DNA of 54,276 bases, from positions 1 to 54,276 of IMG/VR virus record IMGVR_UViG_3300048575_000513; one strand, 5' to 3'. The position numbers and the translations under genes are program-made. The stretch is from a virus. Its lineage: Duplodnaviria > Caudoviricetes. This document shows positions 18,001-26,139 of the stretch, piece by piece. Position 1 is the first letter of the stretch. Each line of letters opens with the position of its first letter. Under the pieces are notes generated by a model, which saw nothing but the letters and a program-made list of their open reading frames with translations, was not told the DNA's origin and made no database searches.

Positions 18001-19395
18001 ATGGCAAAGGAAACTGTTTCAACCGCAAGCACTGATATCGATAAAATAATTTCTGAATTAAAACAGAAAGAGATTGACCTGCCCGATTGGGAGACAAAAT
18101 TAAAGCATGAGTATTTTCCGTCGCTCCACCCGGTAATGACGGATCCGACATATAGGGATAAGCCTAGTAAAAATGGGCTAATTAAAGTAACACGCGCCAC
18201 CCGTGGACTACAGCGCCGTGCCGTTAAGATCATGACGGGTATGATGTTCGGCATCCCGGTGAAACGAGTATATGAATTTGACGAAAAAAATGAGAGACTT
18301 AAAAAAGCGGCTGAAATCATGGAGGCGGTTTTTCAGGCCAACCGGATAGATGCTGTTAATGTGGATCGCGGTATAAAATATAATGCGGCGTGCGAGTTTG
18401 CGACACTGTGGTACGGGATCAAAGAGGATAACGAGCTGTATGGAGAGAAAAGCAAACTGAAAATTCGTTGTAAGAACTTCTCCCCTATGTCTTCCCGCCC
18501 GAATGATTCGGGCGAAAATATCTATCCAAGATTTGATGAATACGGAGATTTGATTGCAATATCCATAGAATACAGTCGTACTGAAGACGGAAAAACAGTT
18601 CAGTACTTCGACACTTATACCGCTACTGATCACACCAAATACCGGCGCGGCGATGATGGATGGGAGATTGTTGAGGAAGAAAAAATAGAATCGATTGATA
18701 AGATCCCTTTCGTTTGGAATTATCGCCCCTCGCCCATCTGGGAGGATTCAAACAACGTTAATGAAATTGAATGGGCAAACAGTCGGAATGGTAATTACTT
18801 GCGCCGAAACTCGGTGCCCGTGTTTGCGGTGCAGGATGATGTAAAAGTGACGTTCGGAAATGAAACATCCGACGAAGAACGTATCATTCTGCAGGGTAGC
18901 AGCACGGGGAGCATGGAGTATAAGACCTGGGACCAGGCGGTTGAGTCTCTTAAATATCACGTCGACGGCCTTGAAAAATCTTTCTTTTCAGATATACAGA
19001 TACCCAACTTTTCACGTGAAGAAATGAGCGGAACCGCAGAAAGCGGAGAAGCTAAGCGATACATGTTCGTTGAGACGCATATCAAGGTTTTGGAAGAGCA
19101 ATGCCCATGGCTGGAAACCTTCAGCCGGGAGGTGAATGTTATGAAAGCCTTCCTGAAGGCTGCCATCTCTGCTTACGCAAAAGAGTTTGATGCCTTGCGA
19201 GTAAAACACATCATAACACCTTTTGAAATTGCCAACGAATCGCAGACCATCACCAATATAAGCAATGCTGTTACCAGCGGGATAGCGTCTGTTGATACAG
19301 GAATGAGGCGGCTTAATTGGGTCAAAGATTTTGAAGAAGAGAAAAAGAGAATAGATGCTGATAAGATGACCGATTTTACACAACCAACTGAATAA
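18001..19395 (+). CDS. Portal protein (SPP1 gp6-like)
   Basis: Position after TerL, 464 aa, KIPFVWNY and SGEAKRY motifs. Confidence 0.85.
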   Translation: MAKETVSTASTDIDKIISELKQKEIDLPDWETKLKHEYFPSLHPVMTDPTYRDKPSKNGLIKVTRATRGLQRRAVKIMTGMMFGIPVKRVYEFDEKNERLKKAAEIMEAVFQANRIDAVNVDRGIKYNAACEFATLWYGIKEDNELYGEKSKLKIRCKNFSPMSSRPNDSGENIYPRFDEYGDLIAISIEYSRTEDGKTVQYFDTYTATDHTKYRRGDDGWEIVEEEKIESIDKIPFVWNYRPSPIWEDSNNVNEIEWANSRNGNYLRRNSVPVFAVQDDVKVTFGNETSDEERIILQGSSTGSMEYKTWDQAVESLKYHVDGLEKSFFSDIQIPNFSREEMSGTAESGEAKRYMFVETHIKVLEEQCPWLETFSREVNVMKAFLKAAISAYAKEFDALRVKHIITPFEIANESQTITNISNAVTSGIASVDTGMRRLNWVKDFEEEKKRIDADKMTDFTQPTE

Positions 19396-19397
19396 AA

Positions 19398-19607
19398 ATG
19401 AGGGTAATTAACGGACTGACAATAAAATACTGGATTGGTGATATAGTGTACTTAATCACAGACGTAGATCAGAAAGAGCGCATTGTAACGGGCGTTGACA
19501 TTAGACAGTCCGGCGTATCGTATAATTTAAGCTACGGGAGCGATGATAGCGACCATTACGATATTGAAATATCAAAAGAGAAGGATGTTTTAAAAACTCT
19601 CAAATAA
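19398..19607 (+). CDS. Small hypothetical protein
   Basis: 69 aa, translationally coupled to the MuF gene. Confidence 0.6.
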   Translation: MRVINGLTIKYWIGDIVYLITDVDQKERIVTGVDIRQSGVSYNLSYGSDDSDHYDIEISKEKDVLKTLK

Positions 19608-21289
19608 TGCCCAACTTCGATGACGAAATATTTGCGACCGAAGGAAAATATTCTCGGCAGATAACCAGGTTGTTCAACCAGCTGGCGTTAGAAGTTGCGG
19701 CTATTGGCTCCAAGGTGAACGCGATCCATCCGGATCGTGTTTTTTCGTTTGACGATTATCCGATTACAAAGAAGCTAGCCGATAAGCTGATGCAGAAAAT
19801 GCAGGCCGGCGTTGAGGTTATAATCGTTAATGGCGTCCGTTCAGCCTGGACACTGGCCAACAATAAAAATAACGAACTCTCCCGCCGGGTATTTGGAGAC
19901 AATGTCGGTAAGCTCACGCAAGCGCAATACAGGCGATATTTCAGCACCAATGAGCCAGCCAGGGAAGCGTTCCTAAAAAGAAAAACAGACGGACTGACAA
20001 TCTCTGATCGTGTCTGGCGGTATGCCCAGCAGTTTAAGACAGAGATCGAACTCGGCCTAGATATCGGTATCCGTAACGGTTTGTCCGCTCAGAATATGGC
20101 CCGGGACCTAAAAAAGTACTTGAAGGAGCCTGAAAAGTTGTTCCGTCGCGTCCGGGATCAGCACGGTAATTTGCAGCTATCCAAGAAAGCCGCCGCCTAT
20201 CATCCGGGGCAAGGTGCTTACCGGTCGTCGCATAAGAACGCTTTACGTCTGGCCGTTACCGAGACGAATATGGCCTACCGGGCTGCCGACGATATCCGAT
20301 GGGCTCAAATGGATTTCGTTGTTGGGTATGAGATCAGATTATCCAATAACCCAAATCACTGTCCGATGTGCGCGACCCTGGCTGGCAGGTACCCTAAATC
20401 ATTCCATTGGGCAGGGTGGCATCCATTCTGCAGGTGTCGCAAAATACCCATCCTTAAAACGCTGGAAGAGTTTCAGAAAGAAACCGAAGCGATACTGGCC
20501 GGTGAGCGTCCGGATAGTTATTCGGTTAATGCAGTGAATGGACTGCCTGTGAACTTTACGGATTGGCTGAATACCAACTCCGATCGCATTACCAGGGCTG
20601 CGTCTCAGCCTTACTGGCTGCGGGATAATGTTGGCCTGCTCGGCAGCAATAGCATTGACCAGGCTATAAAAGGAGCGGTTATAAAGGGCATCAAAAAGTT
20701 TGAAAAGACAGCGTTCGTAGCCTTTGAGCCTTTCTCGCCTGTTATCATTAATGAGGTGCGCAAAATCAAATACGAGAAAGATCAGCAGAAGTTATTCCAA
20801 GAGGTATTCAACGATCCCCGGTTTGTGGCCCTCACGGACCTGGGTGCGAAAGGATCGGGTCTTACAAAGGTTCACCCGCTGCACAAAAAAGGCACCAACT
20901 GGTTGCAAACGTCCGGGATGGCGAAAGACATCAATAACGCCGGGATTGACGTTGCTTTCCTTCCTGAGTACGATGCTGTTTCCAGCGCTGATGCCATCAC
21001 TAAGATTAAAGGCAAATGGATGGTGGTCGATTTCAAGTACCTGGTGTCGAACAATTACAACACCATCGGGGAGGAATTGACCAAAGGATTCATGCAGGGA
21101 GGTAACGTTGTCGTGAAGCTCGAAAATGCAGATCTGGGGGCTTTTAAAAAGGGGATAGATCAGGTTCGCCGGAACGGTGTTCGGTTGGGTAATGTGAAGC
21201 TGATAAATCGGCTGGGTAAAACGATTGATATAAGAAAAGAGCGGCTGAATAGCGGCCGGTATATCAATGATATTCGCGGCTTTTTATAA
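19607..21289 (+). CDS. MuF/SPP1 gp7-like minor head protein with C-terminal CdiA-like PD-(D/E)xK nuclease
   Basis: RLAVTETNMAY, CPMC and WHPFCRC MuF motifs; C-terminal SADA...VVDFK...ELTKGFMQGGNVVV. Confidence 0.8.
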   Translation: MPNFDDEIFATEGKYSRQITRLFNQLALEVAAIGSKVNAIHPDRVFSFDDYPITKKLADKLMQKMQAGVEVIIVNGVRSAWTLANNKNNELSRRVFGDNVGKLTQAQYRRYFSTNEPAREAFLKRKTDGLTISDRVWRYAQQFKTEIELGLDIGIRNGLSAQNMARDLKKYLKEPEKLFRRVRDQHGNLQLSKKAAAYHPGQGAYRSSHKNALRLAVTETNMAYRAADDIRWAQMDFVVGYEIRLSNNPNHCPMCATLAGRYPKSFHWAGWHPFCRCRKIPILKTLEEFQKETEAILAGERPDSYSVNAVNGLPVNFTDWLNTNSDRITRAASQPYWLRDNVGLLGSNSIDQAIKGAVIKGIKKFEKTAFVAFEPFSPVIINEVRKIKYEKDQQKLFQEVFNDPRFVALTDLGAKGSGLTKVHPLHKKGTNWLQTSGMAKDINNAGIDVAFLPEYDAVSSADAITKIKGKWMVVDFKYLVSNNYNTIGEELTKGFMQGGNVVVKLENADLGAFKKGIDQVRRNGVRLGNVKLINRLGKTIDIRKERLNSGRYINDIRGFL

Positions 21290-21317
21290 AAAAATAGCCA
21301 CATCAAAAATGTGGCTA
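21288..21317 (-). terminator. Intrinsic terminator (minus strand)
   Basis: TAGCCACAT-TTTTG-ATGTGGCTA followed by a T7 run on the minus strand. Confidence 0.75.
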
Positions 21318-21396
21318 CGTGAAAGCTCGGCTTAACATCCGGCTCATGCGTCCGGCTTTGCATTCCCGCCTTCGGTGGACTTGGCGAACCGCGTCC
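21288..21396 (-). ncRNA. Putative ~105-nt structured small RNA convergent on the MuF gene
   Basis: TACCTTTG -7 box at 21408-21401, GC-rich hairpins, then an intrinsic terminator. Confidence 0.5.
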
Positions 21397-21420
21397 GGTA
21401 CAAAGGTAAGAAAATTTTTA

Positions 21421-21672
21421 TTAAACCATCCTCGGCCATCTTCTTTTAAGACGATTTACAAACCGGTATAGCTTTACTATTCTCAAAACCACTTCTCTAG
21501 GCGTGAAGGAAGGGAAATAAGGCACAGGAACATATTCTCTTTTGTTTCTTGCCCTGAATTTTAGGTCATCGAAAGATGGCGGTAAATAAACGGTAGAGAT
21601 GCTGTTTATTGGAATCGCTTTCCATGCTTTGCCGTCTGCCGATATTTCTATTTTTGATATTCCTGGTATCAT
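21421..21672 (-). CDS. Hypothetical protein (inverted island)
   Basis: Part of an ATGA-coupled ORF chain. Confidence 0.55.
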   Translation of the reverse strand: MIPGISKIEISADGKAWKAIPINSISTVYLPPSFDDLKFRARNKREYVPVPYFPSFTPREVVLRIVKLYRFVNRLKRRWPRMV

Positions 21673-21869
21673 TTACAAGACAGATTTATGAATAATAGGC
21701 TTTCTGTGATACTGACCGCTTTCGCTATCGCTGATCTTATTAAATAAGCCTGATCCGCGTTTTTAAGATCCGAAATTAGTTCGTTAGGAATGTCATCGGT
21801 TATTCTGTTTGCGAATTTAATGCCTGGAAAATCTTCGTGTGTAACGATTATAGTTGTGTCGATTTTCAT
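21669..21869 (-). CDS. Hypothetical protein (inverted island)
   Basis: Part of an ATGA-coupled ORF chain. Confidence 0.55.
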   Translation of the reverse strand: MKIDTTIIVTHEDFPGIKFANRITDDIPNELISDLKNADQAYLIRSAIAKAVSITESLLFINLSCK

Positions 21870-21961
21870 TGCCTTGCTCTTTTAACAGCTCTCCTGTAAT
21901 CGTACCAGTTCTTAAGTAGATCGCAGTAACACCAGGTTAGGAAATTAAGGAATAGTTTCAT
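21866..21961 (-). CDS. Small hypothetical protein (31 aa)
   Basis: MKLFLNFLTWCYCDLLKNWYDYRRAVKRARQ; ATGA overlaps on both sides. Confidence 0.5.
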   Translation of the reverse strand: MKLFLNFLTWCYCDLLKNWYDYRRAVKRARQ

Positions 21962-22134
21962 GATTGCGATGTTTCATTTAATTTAACCGATTTATCAGTA
22001 AGGGTGTTTCCGTCTTTGTCAATTGTTCGATAGTTTTGGTTGTCGTCGCCCAGGCTCCACCATGCAAGTGTTTCATTGCGCCACACGCTCACGTTCAGCC
22101 ATTTCTCGCCATTAAAATACTGCAGAGTTATCAT
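21958..22134 (-). CDS. Small hypothetical protein (58 aa)
   Basis: MITLQYFNGEKWLNVSVW...; ATGA overlaps on both sides. Confidence 0.55.
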   Translation of the reverse strand: MITLQYFNGEKWLNVSVWRNETLAWWSLGDDNQNYRTIDKDGNTLTDKSVKLNETSQS

Positions 22135-22460
22135 ATGCCATGCACTTTTTTAATGAATGAATCGATGATCTCCTGACGTTCCGGTGTCATTTCCATATCA
22201 GGTATTTTATAGCCATCGAACTGCTTTTTAAACTCCCTTTCATAAACAGTTGCAGTCTTACCGTCATCGTAGGCTACAAAGTACGGATAGTTATGCGTAT
22301 TTCCCAGGAATCGACCGGATGGGTCAAATACTGGCTCCTTACACATTTCCTCATAAACGCTTTGGCTATATGGCGGCATGTCTTTCTCCCTTTTCATGTT
22401 ATAAACGATCTCATCGATCACGTTGGTTTTACACCAAAATATGGGTTGAGCTTGGCTCAT
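22131..22460 (-). CDS. Hypothetical protein (inverted island)
   Basis: Part of an ATGA-coupled ORF chain. Confidence 0.6.
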   Translation of the reverse strand: MSQAQPIFWCKTNVIDEIVYNMKREKDMPPYSQSVYEEMCKEPVFDPSGRFLGNTHNYPYFVAYDDGKTATVYEREFKKQFDGYKIPDMEMTPERQEIIDSFIKKVHGI

Positions 22461-22690
22461 GCTTTTACCTTTTGCTTTTTATTAATAACCGGCTCTTTGC
22501 TTATCCGGCATTTCTTGCCTTCATATGGAACCCCGGACGACACCTTTACATTCCACAAGTGCCCAACCCCGCATCCGATATCCTCAACCGAAAATACGGT
22601 ATAAATGGCAGCAAGAGAGCTAAAGTAATAGCTTTTCTTGCAATTAACCGCATTGGGGAAATAGACTTTATAGACGTGTTTTGGGGTCAT
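22457..22690 (-). CDS. Hypothetical protein (inverted island)
   Basis: YYFSSLAAIYTVFSVEDIG; ATGA-coupled. Confidence 0.6.
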   Translation of the reverse strand: MTPKHVYKVYFPNAVNCKKSYYFSSLAAIYTVFSVEDIGCGVGHLWNVKVSSGVPYEGKKCRISKEPVINKKQKVKA

Positions 22691-22947
22691 ACATTCGCCT
22701 CCCCGTTTTCGTTTAATGTAAATAACGATACCGGCGGCATGCCTTGCCCTAAAATGTTCAAGAACACAGGCCTACCTGCGTTCAGGGCCTCCAGGTACTC
22801 CTTAGATGGTTGCCACGCCGATAGTATCATCGGATAACCGTTCTGATCAATACCTCTGTAAACGCGCAGATCGCCACACTCATCATCTGACATGCTATCG
22901 GGTTTAACGAACGTGTGATTTACTCCTTCAAAGCTTACTGGTAACAT
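22687..22947 (-). CDS. Hypothetical phage protein
   Basis: MLPVSFEGVN...ECGDL...SAWQPS...GQGMPPVSL. Confidence 0.65.
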   Translation of the reverse strand: MLPVSFEGVNHTFVKPDSMSDDECGDLRVYRGIDQNGYPMILSAWQPSKEYLEALNAGRPVFLNILGQGMPPVSLFTLNENGEANV

Positions 22948-23013
22948 AATAATAATTTTTACTTTTAAAAATTCCCCAGCGTAGAAACGCCGGGGTCAAC
23001 CAAAACTGATTAC

Positions 23014-23370
23014 TTATGAGACTTTTCTTAATTTAGCATAATTTTCCGACCTCGAACACCATTCCAGGTTTTCTAATCTGTTATCTGTCTTAATGCCATT
23101 TTTATGATTAACCTGATTCTTATTCGGATCGTTATTTGATAAAAAATTATCAGCCATTATTCTATGAACTAATTCGTTTTTCTTCTCTCCATTTTTCCAA
23201 ATGCAAACGATCAAGTATCCTGAGTTAATTCTACACTGCTTCAATAATTTCATTGGATAAAACTGCCGCGTTCCTTTAATTAGCCTTACGGAGCCTAATG
23301 ACCTAACGTTTCCGAAGGTTGACACTTGGTAAATCCCTTCATAACCTTTTATATCTACCCACATTTCCAT
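23014..23370 (-). CDS. NUMOD4/HNH homing endonuclease
   Basis: WVDIKGYEGIYQVSTFGNVRS (NUMOD4) and VNHKNGIKTDNRLENLEW (HNH). Confidence 0.85.
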   Translation of the reverse strand: MEMWVDIKGYEGIYQVSTFGNVRSLGSVRLIKGTRQFYPMKLLKQCRINSGYLIVCIWKNGEKKNELVHRIMADNFLSNNDPNKNQVNHKNGIKTDNRLENLEWCSRSENYAKLRKVS

Positions 23371-23405
23371 ATTATAATATTTTTCAAGTCCTGCCTTCAC
23401 CGTAG

Positions 23406-23478
23406 TGGGAGCAGATGGGATCGAACCATCATCTAAGGATTTTCAGTCCTCCGCATAGACCAACTTTGCTATGCTCCC
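23406..23478 (-). tRNA. tRNA-Phe(GAA)
   Basis: GGGAGCA/TGCTCCC acceptor stem, GAGGA-CTGAAAA-TCCTT anticodon arm, GGTTCGATCCC T-arm; 73 nt. Confidence 0.9.
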
Positions 23479-23479
23479 T

Positions 23480-23800
23480 GGTACCGGTTTCTTTCCCACC
23501 GGCAAAGTCATGTCGTACTGTTGACTGCTTAGGCCCAGACAATTCACCCTACTATTACTCCGTGTCAACCTGAAGAGCATCCTTCGTTACATTGTAGCCA
23601 TCCCCTTATGTTTCAGTAACGGGGAGAATCAATTGAATGAATTTTAAAATGCCGGTTTGCTTTGAACTCCGGCAAAGTCAGGATTTCTCCGTTACTTAAA
23701 ATACGGAGGCGTCAGTAAGTGTTCGTTCTTGCTGTATCGGTAGAACACATAACATCCCGATACTGTTTACTCGCGACTGCAATAGCCTCCTTCGTTGCGT
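23480..23800 (-). ncRNA. Putative structured RNA(s) between the two tRNA elements
   Basis: No ORF of 60 aa or more; several long helices, a pseudoknot and a repeated 12-mer. Confidence 0.5.
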
Positions 23801-23802
23801 TG

Positions 23803-23934
23803 TGGCAGGGGCCGGAATCGAACCTGCAAATGAGTTTTGTTCGTGTTTCACGAATGGAGCGTTAAGGTTTGCACGAAGCCTATTTTCATTATTCGCTCCC
23901 CCTACCTTGCGTCTACCAGTTTCGCCACCCTGCC
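23803..23934 (-). ncRNA. tRNA-like RNA (Leu-type D-arm) with an expanded non-canonical anticodon/variable region
   Basis: GGCAGGG/CCCTGCC acceptor stem, TGGCGAAACTGGTAGACGC D-arm, GGTTCGATTCC T-loop; 132 nt in total. Confidence 0.7.
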
Positions 23935-24037
23935 ATTATTCAGGAGCCGCAATGGGTATCAGTTGAACTGTGTGCTTGTTCATGATGCCCACCCATTACA
24001 GTGCATCTTCTTTTACTCCTGATTTATTTTAAAGAAC

Positions 24038-24367
24038 TTATCTCGCTAAATGATTCCCCCACCCTTCCGATTCTCTGAATCTGAAAACCTTATTCTTCCT
24101 GTTGTAATGCTGCTGGATGATCGCTTCAAGATCTTTGGTTGCAATCTTCTCCCCTTTTCTGATGTTGAAATCCTTATTCTTAAAAACGTTTTGATAAATA
24201 TGACTGCCTTTGTTACGCGCTTTATTCAGACAGAAATAATCAGCGGCGTTAAAATCATTAACGATATACCTGTTGCCGTCTTTAAGTGTTACTATCAACC
24301 GCAGCTCTTCTTCAGCGTAATCATAAAAAGCAACTAACTGGCTGTAAGGGACAAATGTGCGTTGCAT
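24038..24367 (-). CDS. KTSC-domain protein
   Basis: YD...LIVTLKDGNRY...YFCLNKARNKGSHIYQNV resembles the KTSC consensus. Confidence 0.7.
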   Translation of the reverse strand: MQRTFVPYSQLVAFYDYAEEELRLIVTLKDGNRYIVNDFNAADYFCLNKARNKGSHIYQNVFKNKDFNIRKGEKIATKDLEAIIQQHYNRKNKVFRFRESEGWGNHLAR

Positions 24368-24651
24368 AGTGATTTGGTTAAGATTTTATAATGAGATTCA
24401 GAGATCCGCATGATGTATGCCGGTGATTCGGAATCACGATTCAATCTGCATGGGCGTACCCTTCCTGGAAACTGCAGAAGCGATTCAAACACCTGGGGGT
24501 TGCCAATCTCTTCCGCAATCGTGCTAAACGCCTCCGAACCCTCTTTGTTCTCCAAAATCTCAGACAACGAGGCGTTGATTATAACCGGAATAGCGCCTTC
24601 AAACCCAGCAATTGAGAAATAAATTTCAGGAATCATAAATTTTTTTTTCAC
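24334..24651 (-). CDS. Hypothetical protein
   Basis: First ORF of the inverted island. Confidence 0.55.
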   Translation of the reverse strand: MKKKFMIPEIYFSIAGFEGAIPVIINASLSEILENKEGSEAFSTIAEEIGNPQVFESLLQFPGRVRPCRLNRDSESPAYIMRISESHYKILTKSLCNAHLSLTAS

Positions 24652-24659
24652 TGAATAAA

Positions 24660-24691
24660 TGTGTTCATATAGTGATCACATTTCAAATGTA
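24660..24691 (-). promoter_or_regulatory. Promoter of the inverted island with operator
   Basis: TACATTTG on the minus strand at 24691-24684; TGTGTTCA-TATAG-TGATCACA at 24660-24680. Confidence 0.6.
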
Positions 24692-24842
24692 TGAAGTTCT
24701 GCTGAATAAAACTTAATAAAAATAATCAAAATAGTTTATCTTAACATTTATTTAACTAAATATATTATTTCACAACTATGATCTATAATGTGATTATATA
24801 ATGAACACTTTGTAATTTCACGTGAAATAATATAATTAGTTT

Positions 24843-25523
24843 ATGTATAAAAAGAAAATCTTGGACTTGCTAATAGCGGCTTACGCCGGGGTTAGCTCAA
24901 CCATTTTAAGCAGGATAGCCGAGAAATTGGCAAAAACTGTAAATAGTGATGAAGAAGCGCAAACAGCCGCAGAGGGGGTTTCATTTCAATCCATTATCGA
25001 TGCTGAAGCTGACCGCCGGGCAACCGATGCAAGCCAGACAGCGATTACCAACTATGAGAAAAAGCACTCCTTAAAAGAGGGCAAACCTGTTAATGAGGGC
25101 GCAGGTCAACAACAGAACTCACAGCAAGCGTCATCCGCCGGGGGTGATGGAAAAGAGGGCGCACAAGGGGGTAACGATCTCGCAGCAACAATAGCCGCAG
25201 CAATTAAATCTGCTGTTGAGCCATTGACTAACGAGATAGCCAACTTAAAAACCCAAAAGGCCGCAGAGGACTTCAACACGCAACTTAACACAGCTATTTC
25301 CGGGGCGTCGAACAAATTCAAAGAGCGCGTTCAACGCGATTCTAGGTTTTTAAAGTTCGATACACCAGAGGCGCAAGCAGAGTGGCTCGAAGCTATTAAA
25401 GCTGAAGCCGCAGAGGATGCCGCCGATAACGCTGCGCAAGGGGCTGTTTTTGGAAGACCGAAAACCGGAGGTTCTGCCAAAAAAGAAGAGGTAACACCTG
25501 TTCCTGAAGGGCAACCGTACTAA
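24843..25523 (+). CDS. Capsid scaffolding protein
   Basis: Acidic, alanine-rich coiled coil; EADRRATDA; lies before the capsid genes. Confidence 0.75.
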   Translation: MYKKKILDLLIAAYAGVSSTILSRIAEKLAKTVNSDEEAQTAAEGVSFQSIIDAEADRRATDASQTAITNYEKKHSLKEGKPVNEGAGQQQNSQQASSAGGDGKEGAQGGNDLAATIAAAIKSAVEPLTNEIANLKTQKAAEDFNTQLNTAISGASNKFKERVQRDSRFLKFDTPEAQAEWLEAIKAEAAEDAADNAAQGAVFGRPKTGGSAKKEEVTPVPEGQPY

Positions 25524-25553
25524 TCAATTTTTTTAATTCAAAAACTTTTAATA

Positions 25554-26126
25554 ATGGCAATGGCTATTAAGCGGAGCAAGGATACCTCCGTTAAAAAAGT
25601 AATCCAACACCGAATAGCCGATAAGCGAGGCGGTGTGGGCGTTAAAACTGCCGAATTGGGCGGTGATTACCTTTTTGAAGGCACGCCTGTTGGAGCCGTT
25701 GTTAATGGGCAGGTTAGCGTACTAAAATTCGCTAAGCTCGTAACAGCCGCAACAAATTCAACTACAGCGTATGAAGTTGAAAAAGGACATCACTTCAAAG
25801 TTGGTAATGTGGTACTAAATGCAGAAGGAGCAAAGGCGTATACTATCACCGCGATAGATAAGTCAAATGCCGATAAAGATGTAATAACACTAGGCACTAC
25901 GCTTGGTGTTGTTATTCCTGTTGGGGGCTTTTTGATTGAAGCTGCTGCTGAATCAGCAACCACAACATCTGCGGTAAAGTTTGCCCCTAAAGCAATCAAC
26001 GGTACTAATCAAAAAGTACTACCAAACGAGAACCTGTTTACCGACATCTGGGATCACGCTCAGTTATTACCCAACACGCTTCCCTCTGTCATCCTCGACA
26101 AGTTGAAGGGAATTACTGAACTCTAA
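25554..26126 (+). CDS. Head decoration/head fiber protein
   Basis: Lies between scaffold and major capsid genes; VEKGHHFKVG. Confidence 0.65.
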   Translation: MAMAIKRSKDTSVKKVIQHRIADKRGGVGVKTAELGGDYLFEGTPVGAVVNGQVSVLKFAKLVTAATNSTTAYEVEKGHHFKVGNVVLNAEGAKAYTITAIDKSNADKDVITLGTTLGVVIPVGGFLIEAAAESATTTSAVKFAPKAINGTNQKVLPNENLFTDIWDHAQLLPNTLPSVILDKLKGITEL

Positions 26127-26139
26127 ATTTTAATCAGAC

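Noticed and set aside
21160-21363. Minus-strand 67-aa ORF as a protein immunity gene for the MuF toxin
   Set aside because: It runs through the intrinsic terminator and antisense into MuF, lacks an AT-rich leader and has no recognisable fold; the RNA interpretation fits better, although a peptide is not fully excluded
23371-23405. Theta/HDV-like ribozyme in the tRNA-Phe 3' trailer
   Set aside because: Trailer is short and AT-rich; no nested double pseudoknot could be drawn by eye
23480-23700. CRISPR mini-array from the CCGGCAAAGTCA repeats
   Set aside because: Only two 12-bp copies 170 nt apart, and no cas genes
23803-23934. tmRNA or canonical tRNA-Leu
   Set aside because: Too short for tmRNA and lacks the G3-U70 alanine acceptor; no canonical anticodon stem-loop
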